In this document: in pieces, positions 17,565 through 25,409 of the stretch | How positions within the stretch are numbered: position 1 is the first letter of the stretch | How the letters are laid out: the number at the start of each line of letters is the position of its first letter | Origin: a virus | Lineage: Duplodnaviria; Caudoviricetes | Strand: one strand, 5' to 3' | DNA length: 25,445 nt | IMG/VR virus record: IMGVR_UViG_3300037657_000090 | Location: 1-25,445 of that record | Program-made: the position numbers and the translations under genes | The notes under the pieces: generated by a model | Seen by the model: only the letters and a program-made list of their open reading frames with translations | What the model was told of the DNA's origin: nothing | Databases searched by the model: none

Positions 17565-17834
17565 GTCACCTCATCCCATGTCACCAAATCGCAGCAGGAG
17601 CCTGGCCCGCGCAGCAGTCGCACCCACAGAAGCAGCAGATTTACCGCGACCCTTGTCCACCAACTGGTCTGAATTTTTCTCGCACTCGTTGCGGCCGTCG
17701 CCCCGGAAAAAAATGGGCATACCCCCCACCCCCTACCCGGCACCACCTGGACATCGCTCCCCATCTTATGCGACATAAATCCATGCCATAAACAGACCGA
17801 AACCATGGCAATCCCCGCCAAAATCGCGCACTTA

Positions 17835-17863
17835 ATGTCGTATAAGTTGTAGTTATGCGACAT
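17835..17863. other. dif/lox-like tyrosine recombinase site (11-7-11)
   Basis: ATGTCGTATAA-GTTGTAG-TTATGCGACAT (arms 10/11 inverted); an extra identical arm TTATGCGACAT lies at 17766-17776. Confidence 0.6.
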
Positions 17864-17937
17864 CCACACCAGCCCAACCAACGCCTTTTCTCCACGCATC
17901 CTCGCTCACTCCTCATTTATCCGGTGAATTAGTGAAT

Positions 17938-18240
17938 TTACTGTTTTTTACTGCTACTGACTTCATCCCCAATGGGGAAGGTGAAGACGGCATCACTCCA
18001 ACATTGCGACTCACCTGCATGCCAGATGTTTGACAATGTATTCTTCGCAAGATCAATCGCCCGATCCGCACGATCTAACACCTGCAATGATGGACCCAAC
18101 AACCCACTCATGCGACCATCCCGCTCAATCGCCTGGGTGATCCGTAACCGCACCTGCAGATCCAACAGCATCCCCGCCGTGGATATCGCACTCAAAGCAT
18201 TCTCCACTTCCGCCCTGGTGGCTTCTTTCGTCTCAGTCAT
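17938..18240 (-). CDS. Hypothetical protein (100 aa)
   Basis: Start revised to MTETKE (18240); helical. Confidence 0.65.
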   Translation of the reverse strand: MTETKEATRAEVENALSAISTAGMLLDLQVRLRITQAIERDGRMSGLLGPSLQVLDRADRAIDLAKNTLSNIWHAGESQCWSDAVFTFPIGDEVSSSKKQ

Positions 18241-18364
18241 CCTTGTCACTCTTACCTCCAATCCCAAACAACACACGCTCAATCGCATCGCACACCGCTG
18301 CTGCGACGGCAAAGAACACAATCACAACTAACCAGATCAAACTAATTGCCAAATCAGCGCTCAT
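18233..18364 (-). CDS. Small single-pass membrane protein (43 aa)
   Basis: Not in the ORF track; MSADLAISLIWLVVIVFFAVAAAVCDAIERVLFGIGGKSDKDD with a GGGGGAG RBS; overlaps both neighbours. Confidence 0.6.
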   Translation of the reverse strand: MSADLAISLIWLVVIVFFAVAAAVCDAIERVLFGIGGKSDKDD

Positions 18365-18515
18365 TCTTCTCCCCCTTCTTCTTCTCCTCATAACCCGCCA
18401 TCATATCGCGATAGTCATCCTGGAAATTCTCTTTCCAATCCCTGTATGTAAAAATAGAGACCACTATTGTTATTAAAAGAATCAAAACAATTATTATTGT
18501 GATAAACAAGCCCAT
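18354..18515 (-). CDS. Small single-pass membrane protein (53 aa)
   Basis: MGLFITIIIVLILLITIVVSIF...; GAGGAG RBS. Confidence 0.65.
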   Translation of the reverse strand: MGLFITIIIVLILLITIVVSIFTYRDWKENFQDDYRDMMAGYEEKKKGEKNER

Positions 18516-18519
18516 TTTT

Positions 18520-18867
18520 CTAACTCCTCTCCACAAACTCACTCAGAGACTTCTCCCGCGCTTCTGCTTCCTTCGCCCTGGTTTTATGGTCCAGCCAGGA
18601 ATCAATCCAATACGCCAGCACGGTCCCAAAACCAGCCGAAACGACCACGATCCACAAAGCCACCGCAACCATCCAACCTTCAATCATCGTCGTCGTCAAA
18701 AACAGCACCGTCAGGGGAATCAGAAACGCCAGCACTCCCATCAGATAACTCGCAATCCTGCCCGGTCTCTGTCTCAGTAGCAGCAGATTCCAGGGCAGCC
18801 AATGTTCCAACATCACCACCAGCAACGCGATCAGCGCCGCAATCGTTACACCCATCCAGTAATTCAT
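18520..18867 (-). CDS. Membrane protein, 3 TM (115 aa)
   Basis: Three hydrophobic segments and a charged C-tail; AAGGAG RBS. Confidence 0.75.
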   Translation of the reverse strand: MNYWMGVTIAALIALLVVMLEHWLPWNLLLLRQRPGRIASYLMGVLAFLIPLTVLFLTTTMIEGWMVAVALWIVVVSAGFGTVLAYWIDSWLDHKTRAKEAEAREKSLSEFVERS

Positions 18868-19039
18868 TTTGTTTGTTCTCCTTTTTCAGATCCATCGCTT
18901 TTCGAATCAGGCTGGCAATCACAGCGCAATAACCATCCAGCTTATAATCCGGAAGAGTAACCAGAGTTGTCTCAAATTCAGCCTGATATTTCATAGTTGG
19001 AAAACCAAAGGGCAGATCAAGGAAACCTGCCCTGAAAAA

Positions 19040-19669
19040 CTAATTCTTGATTTGTGAAAACCGCAAATCGATCCGTGAATCGATAAAATTCACCAGTTCG
19101 TTCATCGTGTAATTGGAAAGGAACGCAACCAGAGGCGAGTCAAACTGGCTATCGGATTGAATCAACTCCTCCTCGAGAGGAACATATTGAGGCTCACTTG
19201 ACGCTGGAATTGAACCATGTTCCCGCTGCTGATAGTTCTCCATCACTTCATAAGCCCGTGCCAGGGCAATGTGATAATCAGCTATATATCGATAAATAAC
19301 ATTTCTTTCAAAATCTTCTACCAAAAGATCTTCGTCGGCACTGTGAACGGAATAACTCAACGTCTTTTGATGCACTTCGTTTACCGCATAAATGGTAATG
19401 GGAGCAAAGCCAGGAATATCAACATGCATCCATCCCTGCTCTACACGTAAACCACCTATTTCGTAGGTTGTGTCAGTATCAATTACAACTGTGTACGGTC
19501 GTAAAATCTCCGGAACCATGGCAATCAATTCCATTTTCGCCTTCTCCAGGTCTTCTTCAAACCGTTTTCTGGATTTCTCCTCCATCTCTTTCTCAGCAGC
19601 AATCTTTTTGCGACCTTCATCGCAAGCAGACCAAACCGCAGTCATATCTATATCGATTTCTTCCATCAC
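19040..19669 (-). CDS. Hypothetical acidic protein (209 aa)
   Basis: Long ORF coupled to the upstream stop (GTGA overlap). Confidence 0.8.
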   Translation of the reverse strand: MMEEIDIDMTAVWSACDEGRKKIAAEKEMEEKSRKRFEEDLEKAKMELIAMVPEILRPYTVVIDTDTTYEIGGLRVEQGWMHVDIPGFAPITIYAVNEVHQKTLSYSVHSADEDLLVEDFERNVIYRYIADYHIALARAYEVMENYQQREHGSIPASSEPQYVPLEEELIQSDSQFDSPLVAFLSNYTMNELVNFIDSRIDLRFSQIKN

Positions 19670-19869
19670 TCCACCCCATTCTTTCTAATCGCAGTCAAAA
19701 ACACCCGTTTCACGTCCGGATCATCCTTCACAGGATATTCCTTCGACCACTCGATCGTTTCATAACCGCCTTCCTCCAATAACCGGATAATCGCTCTGCA
19801 TACCGTTTCCGGTTGAGTGCTCTGCACCCTTATCTTCACAACCCGTTCGTTCGATACCATTTCAGCCAT
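19666..19869 (-). CDS. Hypothetical protein (67 aa)
   Basis: GGGAG RBS; translationally coupled. Confidence 0.7.
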   Translation of the reverse strand: MAEMVSNERVVKIRVQSTQPETVCRAIIRLLEEGGYETIEWSKEYPVKDDPDVKRVFLTAIRKNGVE

Positions 19870-20038
19870 ACAAACTCCCTTGCATCTTTCTCAATTCAAC
19901 TTTCTTCTGGTCCTTCAATTCGGGAGGCTCCTGCAGATATCCTTCCAGCCAACAGCTCATACAAACAGGCTCCCGCGGATCTCCATACTCTTCCAAATCT
20001 GTCTTAATCTCAGCCTCACACACAACACACTTTTTCAT
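19862..20038 (-). CDS. Small CxxC...CxxC Zn-finger protein (58 aa)
   Basis: Not in the ORF track; MKKCCVCEAEIKTDLEEYGDPREPVCMSCWLEG...; fills the gap between two coupled genes. Confidence 0.7.
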   Translation of the reverse strand: MKKCVVCEAEIKTDLEEYGDPREPVCMSCWLEGYLQEPPELKDQKKVELRKMQGSLYG

Positions 20039-20040
20039 CT

Positions 20041-20247
20041 TTATTTTTCCCCTTTCAACTTTTGCCTTTCAACTTTTTCCTTACTCGCCATGATCCTGGC
20101 CAACTTCGCCCGTTTCCGTCGTTCATGCCTGTTCGGAAGCCGAACCTCAACAACTTCAATCTCATCCGGATTTTCAGGCTCTGAATTTTCCAAAGCCTTT
20201 TCCATCAAATCAACCGAATCATCAAAATTTGCTGTATCATCATTCAT
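20041..20247 (-). CDS. Hypothetical protein (68 aa, acidic N-half, basic C-half)
   Basis: Contains the NRHERR motif often seen in small phage proteins. Confidence 0.6.
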   Translation of the reverse strand: MNDDTANFDDSVDLMEKALENSEPENPDEIEVVEVRLPNRHERRKRAKLARIMASKEKVERQKLKGEK

Positions 20248-20282
20248 CTTTAGCCTTAATCCCTTCGCCTTTCGCCTATCAA

Positions 20283-21218
20283 CTAAAGCCTGTCAACTGC
20301 ATTTTCCAAATCATCCCAGCTTGGTTTCGTATACCGCGCCGTCACATCCAGCCTGGAGTGTCGCAAAACCTTCTGCACCACCGTCAGCGCCACACCCTTC
20401 TGCACCATCCGTGTCGCACAGGTATGCCTCAGCATGTGCGGCGTCACCATCACACCCGCCAGCCTGCCAATCTCCTTAACCCTGCGTTCCACCTGGCGCG
20501 TACTCAACCCACCAAATAAGATCTCGTTACCCTCATAAACCTCCTCATATTCCCGCAGCCAGCGCCTTACCTCCAACCCCAAAGGCACCTTGCCAGCCTT
20601 ACCACCCTTACCATTACGGACCATCACCACCCCGGAGCGCTCATTCAGCTGGATATCATCCCGGTTCAGGTTGACCACTTCCTCAACCCGTAACCCGCAA
20701 TACACCATCAGTGCCACCATCGCCGCATCCCGCAGCGCGTTCGTGCGTTGGGATGATGTTCTCGCGGCGCTGATCTGCACCTCAACCATGCGCATAAACT
20801 GGCCATACTCTCTTTTCTCCAAACTCCTGGGTGCCAGCTCTTCCTCGGCTGCGGTGGGAATATCCTGAAAGATGTTGTAATTCACCAGCTCGTGCACCTG
20901 CAAATACTCCGCAAACAAAGCCAGCATCGCCCGTCTGCGATTCCACGTGGAGGCAGCCACCCGCTGCACCGTGCGAGAATAGCGATACCACCCGCGCAGG
21001 TCCCAGCTCGTCACCAGCTGCGGCTCAAAACGCGTGTTATTCTCCAGCTCAAACCACTTCATAAACTGGCCAAAATCCGCCATGTACGAACGCACCGTCT
21101 TCTCCGCCCGCGAACTATCCCGCAACCACCCCTCAAAACTCGGCGTCCCTTCTTGCTCTTTCCCTGTCAACTGTAGACTTATCACACCCGTCGGGTGGTC
21201 AACTGTCAACCTATTCAT
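20283..21218 (-). CDS. XerC/XerD-like tyrosine recombinase
   Basis: Core-binding domain (KTVRSY, ASTWNRR) and full catalytic set: R (GLRVEE), K (GKGGK), HxxR (PHMLRH), H (LRHS), Y (TARYT); no arm-binding domain. Confidence 0.95.
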   Translation of the reverse strand: MNRLTVDHPTGVISLQLTGKEQEGTPSFEGWLRDSSRAEKTVRSYMADFGQFMKWFELENNTRFEPQLVTSWDLRGWYRYSRTVQRVAASTWNRRRAMLALFAEYLQVHELVNYNIFQDIPTAAEEELAPRSLEKREYGQFMRMVEVQISAARTSSQRTNALRDAAMVALMVYCGLRVEEVVNLNRDDIQLNERSGVVMVRNGKGGKAGKVPLGLEVRRWLREYEEVYEGNEILFGGLSTRQVERRVKEIGRLAGVMVTPHMLRHTCATRMVQKGVALTVVQKVLRHSRLDVTARYTKPSWDDLENAVDRL

Positions 21219-21589
21219 TTACTCCCCCTTTCGCCTTTCGCCTTGATCCTAACGCCTAAAACCTCCGAAAGAACCTCCACCTGCCCCCGCGTCCACACCA
21301 CCCGATACCCATCATTCCTGCGGTGCTTGCTCAATCCCATCTCCCCCACAATCAACCCCGCGCTCTTCGGGGAAGGACAATCCGCCATCAACGTGCACAT
21401 CGTCTTCAGCGACAAAACAAAAACAAGCTCACCCGCCAGGCTGGTCGTCTCCGCGTACACCGGTCGCTGTGTTTCCTTCGCCAAAAGGCGTACAATCTCG
21501 CGTGCCCAATGCTCCGGGCGAATGCGAATGCTGGGTGCCATTGCCACCACTTTCCCCAGTGTTTCCTGATCCAAAATTCTGCTATCCAT
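21215..21589 (-). CDS. Hypothetical protein, possibly winged-helix DNA-binding
   Basis: Coupled to the recombinase start; SPKSAGLIVGEMGL...RRNDGYRVVW resembles a helix-wing. Confidence 0.7.
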   Translation of the reverse strand: MDSRILDQETLGKVVAMAPSIRIRPEHWAREIVRLLAKETQRPVYAETTSLAGELVFVLSLKTMCTLMADCPSPKSAGLIVGEMGLSKHRRNDGYRVVWTRGQVEVLSEVLGVRIKAKGERGSK

Positions 21590-21649
21590 CGTTTACTCCG
21601 TTCGTAATTAAAATATGCGCCATGCGCTAAAAAACTCGCTAAAATCGAA

Positions 21650-21913
21650 TCATTGATTAGCTGCCAATTTCCCCGAATCAACCCGCAAAGAATACTCACC
21701 CAAAATGTCCTGTAACGCCTCCGCATCAAAACCCAGCGCAATTTTTCCCAATGTCTCATCGCGCACCTCACCCTTGCCGCGCAGAACATTCCAGGCATGC
21801 TGGTACGTATACCCCAACCGCTCCGCAAATTCATTCGGATCGACCCCGTTATACGCCGCCCAATCCCGGATCACCAACGTCATCAGCTCCCAATCAATAA
21901 CTGCCATAACCAT
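21650..21913 (-). CDS. Cro-like XRE HTH regulator
   Basis: PNEFAERLGYTYQHAWNVLRG...TLGKIA. Confidence 0.8.
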   Translation of the reverse strand: MVMAVIDWELMTLVIRDWAAYNGVDPNEFAERLGYTYQHAWNVLRGKGEVRDETLGKIALGFDAEALQDILGEYSLRVDSGKLAANQ

Positions 21914-22348
21914 CTACCCTTCCAACCAGTGTTGTGCTCTGCGATGTGCAAAGCGTTCCCGTACCGTTTTCCAAACCACGTACCTGCGCCTGTCCTCCCC
22001 CAAAACAACCGACCGAATCCATGGTCTGCCACCCAGCGCATCAATCACACGGTTCAAATCCTCCTGCATGCAGGTAATCACTTTGGGACGTTCCCGGTGC
22101 GAAAGCAAAGTATTGCGCGCAGGGATCTCCAGCACAATCACCGCAGGGTGGCACCACAGGCGCATCAAACCAGCCAGCTTATCCCACCCGCAACCAGGTG
22201 TGCCAATCAAAATTAGATCCCCTAACCCGGGCAAATCCTCCCAACTTTTGATGATGTAATCCACCAGAACATCGCGCACATCCAGGCCGTCAAACTCCAC
22301 CACCGAACCGAGCTGATACACCAGCTCACCTTTCGTCAAATCGTGCAT
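21914..22348 (-). CDS. Hypothetical protein, first gene of the early operon
   Basis: Start revised to ATG 22348 behind GGAGGTG. Confidence 0.75.
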   Translation of the reverse strand: MHDLTKGELVYQLGSVVEFDGLDVRDVLVDYIIKSWEDLPGLGDLILIGTPGCGWDKLAGLMRLWCHPAVIVLEIPARNTLLSHRERPKVITCMQEDLNRVIDALGGRPWIRSVVLGEDRRRYVVWKTVRERFAHRRAQHWLEG

Positions 22349-22394
22349 GTCACCTCCGTTTAGAAAATTATTGAAAATGTTTAGATTAATAATC

Positions 22395-22447
22395 ATTATA
22401 ACGACATTTATATAAATGTCAATATATATCTAAACAAATCATTTAGA
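22395..22447 (-). promoter_or_regulatory. Early (lytic) promoter with candidate operators
   Basis: TTGACA (22417-22422)-16 nt-TATAAT (22395-22400) on the minus strand; perfect palindrome GACATTTATATAAATGTC at 22403-22420; TCTAAA-7 nt-TTTAGA at 22429-22447. Confidence 0.75.
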
Positions 22448-22482
22448 AATTTAATGAACAAAATAGTTATGATTGTAAACAA

Positions 22483-22851
22483 ATGAACGATAAATTTATT
22501 GAATGGGTCAATAACGAAATGAGAAAAAAGAACTGGAGTATTCGCCAAACTGCCAAGGCATCAGGATTATCTCCAGCCTTAGTTTCAATCACGCTTTCCG
22601 GAGAAAAACCGACCTTCAATACCTGCGCAGGGTTAGCGGAAGCGTTCAATGTTTCGCCAAACTATGTTTTTCAACTCGCAGGACTGATTGAAGAACAAAA
22701 ACGGGACGAGCTGAGCGATGAGGCAGAATTCCTCATGTCTCAACTCTCACCATATCAACGCCAATTGGCGGTCAAATTTATCCGCGTCCTCGCGGAAGAA
22801 AAAGGGGGCTACAATGCTACCGGAAGCCTGGTGGAGGATGAACAAAAATAA
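22483..22851 (+). CDS. CI-like XRE-family repressor
   Basis: WSIRQTAKASGLSPALVSITLSG..PTFNTCAGLAEAF HTH; divergent from the early operon; no S24 peptidase domain. Confidence 0.88.
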   Translation: MNDKFIEWVNNEMRKKNWSIRQTAKASGLSPALVSITLSGEKPTFNTCAGLAEAFNVSPNYVFQLAGLIEEQKRDELSDEAEFLMSQLSPYQRQLAVKFIRVLAEEKGGYNATGSLVEDEQK

Positions 22852-23059
22852 AAAGCGCATCACAATACAGTGCCTGCGTTTGTTTTGGTTTTCCTCACAC
22901 CCCATCATAAGACCATTGACTTTAGCAATCATCATCATGTTGTTACTGCCATCTCATTGGCTCGCCCTGCCCACATCCATCGGGTTAGGCTTTTCAATTG
23001 AAGTGTTTTTGAAATTATTTGAAAATGTTCTATTGATAAATATTAAGGAAATATCATAA
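22838..23059 (+). CDS. Small 2-TM membrane protein (73 aa)
   Basis: Start revised to ATG 22838 behind GGTGGAGG; TAATG coupling to the next gene. Confidence 0.6.
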   Translation: MNKNKKRITIQCLRLFWFSSHPIIRPLTLAIIIMLLLPSHWLALPTSIGLGFSIEVFLKLFENVLLINIKEIS

Positions 23060-23796
23060 TGAAAACCTGTCTGTTTTGCGCAGAGGAAATAAAAGACGAA
23101 GCCATTGTTTGCAGATACTGTGGAAAAGATATACCATTAATCGACCCAATTCAATACCACGAAGAGACACCCCCAAAAAGTGGCAAACGTGGTTTATTCA
23201 TATTCATTATCATTATTTTGATTTTTGCATTTTTTGTTATCAAAGGACAGGTTGATAGGTGGAATGTTGAAGGATCAAAAAGAATTGTTTCTCCAAAAAC
23301 CTCCATTCCTGCCAGCGTTATTCCTGCAAACACAAAAGAACCTGAGCCAATAAAAACAACAATTCCTTCTATTCCAGGATTGTCTCCAGCTGATATTAAA
23401 GTAAACCTGGAGAACAAAGATTTTGAATGCACGAATGCAAAAACTGTAAAAACCGAAAACATGCCAGATTCGTTTCTCTGGTACTGTGATCGCGAAGATG
23501 GATCTATTAAGTACAATGTCGATTTTTCCTCATATTCCTTAAAAACAGTCAACGCAATAGACGCTTCTGTCACCCAATCACTTTACGACACAACCGATCT
23601 CGCAGAACCATTCCTATCATGGTTTTCTACTGTAGCTTTTCTGGATAGCACTGCTAAACAAACCGAAATAAAAAATTGGGTTTCCTCTACGCTGAAAAAT
23701 TGGAATGGCACTCAGAAAACAACCACAAAAAATGGAGTCAAATTCACACTCTCCGGATCTGAATATTTTATGGTCCTTACAATCGAACTACCATGA
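23059..23796 (+). CDS. Zinc-ribbon/TM/extracytoplasmic-domain protein (possible superinfection exclusion)
   Basis: CLFCAEEI...CRYCG, one TM, Pro/Thr linker, C-terminal domain; lies between repressor and integrase. Confidence 0.75.
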   Translation: MKTCLFCAEEIKDEAIVCRYCGKDIPLIDPIQYHEETPPKSGKRGLFIFIIIILIFAFFVIKGQVDRWNVEGSKRIVSPKTSIPASVIPANTKEPEPIKTTIPSIPGLSPADIKVNLENKDFECTNAKTVKTENMPDSFLWYCDREDGSIKYNVDFSSYSLKTVNAIDASVTQSLYDTTDLAEPFLSWFSTVAFLDSTAKQTEIKNWVSSTLKNWNGTQKTTTKNGVKFTLSGSEYFMVLTIELP

Positions 23797-25409
23797 CCCC
23801 CACCTACGTCGCCTACCTGCGAGACTCCGGAGGAGAAGATCAGGATCTCTCCGTCGAGCAACAGGAAACCGCCATCCTCAACTGGTGCGCCAAAAACGGT
23901 CACCAGCTCACCCGCATCTTTCGCGATGTCGCCTCCCCCGGTTCCACCATCGCAGGCCGTGATCAATTCCTCGAAATGATCCACTACTTCCGCTCCGGTC
24001 AGGCAACCGAAAACGGCATCCTCGTCTGGAAATACTCGCGCTTTTCGCGTGACATCAACGACGCCCAATTCTACAAAGCCGATCTCAGGCGCATGGGCTA
24101 CGAAATCCTCAGCATGAACGATTCCATCCCCGAAGGGCTCAATGGTCGCCTCTTTGAAGCCGCCATCGACTGGATGAACGCGCGCTTCCTCGAAGATCTC
24201 AGCACCGATGTCAAACGTGGTCTGCGCCACATCGTCGAAAATCACGCTGCCATTCCAGGAACTCCTCCCAAAGGCTTCAAGCGTGAACCGGTCGAAATTG
24301 GCGCGCGTCGGGATGGTCGCCCGCACATCGTAAATCGCTGGGTTCCGGATCCCGATCTGTGGGATCGCTGCCTGCTCGCCTGGCAAATGCGCGCTGCGGG
24401 AAACTCCTACGGAAAGATCCACGAAAAGACCAGGTTATTTAAAACCATCCACAGTTACACAACCTTTTTTCGCAACAAAATCTATCTCGGCACCATGGAA
24501 TTCGGCGACCTCACCATCGAAGATTACTGCGAACCGCTCATCACCCAGGCAATCTGGGACACGGTCCAGAACCTCAACAAACACTACGCCAAAAAACAAC
24601 GCATGAGCGGAGACAACCCCAACCACCCGCGCCGCGAAAATTCCCCCTACCTGCTCTCAGGTCTGCTCTACTGCACCCACTGCGGATCCCCGATGAACGG
24701 GCTCGGCGTCTACTCCGCAAACAAAAAACCTGGCCAGGTCGCCAGGTGGTATTACTACCGCTGTTCCAACAAACAAAGCCAGCGCACCCAATGCCCCGCA
24801 ACGAAGATCCCGCAAAAAATACTGGAAGAGATGGTCATCGAGCAAATTACCGAATTTATCCTCGCACCCCAAAACCTTGAAATCGTCCTGCGATCATTGT
24901 ACAACGACCACGCGGCCATGATCCAGCAACTCGAACCAAAACGCGAATCCCTCAACAAAGAATTAGGGACCATCAAACAAAAAATCGCCAACATCACCGC
25001 AGGGATCGCAGATGGTGGTCACAGTCGTGCATTGTTACAAAAACTCAACGACCTCGAAAGCCAGGAAATGCAAATCCGCTCCGAGCTGGTCGAAATCGAA
25101 ATAATCGCCCGTGAAAAACCCGCTACAATCGATTCTGAGCAAATCAAAACGCTATCCCTGGCACTTTCTGAGACAATTCACGCTCAAAACGACTCAGAAA
25201 AGCGCGAAATCCTACAAAATCTGATAGAAAGAATCGAAGTGAAAAGAGAAGAAAAAAAAATAATCGGAAAAATCTGGTACTACTTCCCCGGTAAAAAAAA
25301 ACTTATGTCTAAGGTAAGCACCCCCCTGGGGGCACCTAAAACCACCATATTTGGTGGTTTTTTATTTTTCATGTACAACAAGAACAAATTCAGCTTTTTT
25401 TACATTTAA
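23793..25409 (+). CDS. int: Large serine recombinase (integrase)
   Basis: Catalytic YLRDS, SRFSRD, recombinase domain (YLG...EPLIT...W), Zn ribbon LLSGLLYCTHCG...YYRC...C and coiled coil; the last ~30 codons look non-native. Confidence 0.95.
   Translation: MTPTYVAYLRDSGGEDQDLSVEQQETAILNWCAKNGHQLTRIFRDVASPGSTIAGRDQFLEMIHYFRSGQATENGILVWKYSRFSRDINDAQFYKADLRRMGYEILSMNDSIPEGLNGRLFEAAIDWMNARFLEDLSTDVKRGLRHIVENHAAIPGTPPKGFKREPVEIGARRDGRPHIVNRWVPDPDLWDRCLLAWQMRAAGNSYGKIHEKTRLFKTIHSYTTFFRNKIYLGTMEFGDLTIEDYCEPLITQAIWDTVQNLNKHYAKKQRMSGDNPNHPRRENSPYLLSGLLYCTHCGSPMNGLGVYSANKKPGQVARWYYYRCSNKQSQRTQCPATKIPQKILEEMVIEQITEFILAPQNLEIVLRSLYNDHAAMIQQLEPKRESLNKELGTIKQKIANITAGIADGGHSRALLQKLNDLESQEMQIRSELVEIEIIAREKPATIDSEQIKTLSLALSETIHAQNDSEKREILQNLIERIEVKREEKKIIGKIWYYFPGKKKLMSKVSTPLGAPKTTIFGGFLFFMYNKNKFSFFYI
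25321..25336 (+). other. Candidate att junction: tRNA 3'-end fragment
   Basis: CCCCCC-TGGGGGC-A-CC fits a T-stem 3' strand, acceptor strand, discriminator and CC, with no 5' part of a tRNA upstream. Confidence 0.55.
25338..25363 (+). terminator. Intrinsic terminator
   Basis: AAAACCACCA-TATT-TGGTGGTTTTTT. Confidence 0.8.

Larger units (their letters stand above)
1..25336. mobile_element. Temperate prophage (continues beyond the left edge)
   Basis: Complete integration, immunity, replication, lysis, packaging and head modules in canonical order; no frameshifts seen in core genes. Confidence 0.93.

Noticed and set aside
17558-17899. 113-aa ORF upstream of the primase
   Set aside because: It has a good RBS but odd composition and overlies the palindromic site and homopolymer runs; not called, though not excluded.
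18680-18994. 104-aa ORF
   Set aside because: More than half overlaps the better-supported membrane gene in another frame and the RBS is weak; at most a remnant.
20283-21218. Tyrosine recombinase as an integron integrase with the hairpins as attC sites
   Set aside because: It lacks the IntI-specific insertion before HxxR, and the hairpins lack RYYYAAC/GTTRRRY ends.
1693-22259. Numerous + strand ORFs antisense to the phage genes
   Set aside because: They have no RBS or motifs and are explained by the stop-poor C-rich strand opposite real genes.
25250-25340. Complete tRNA gene
   Set aside because: No D-arm, anticodon arm or TTC T-loop upstream of the 16-nt 3'-like fragment.
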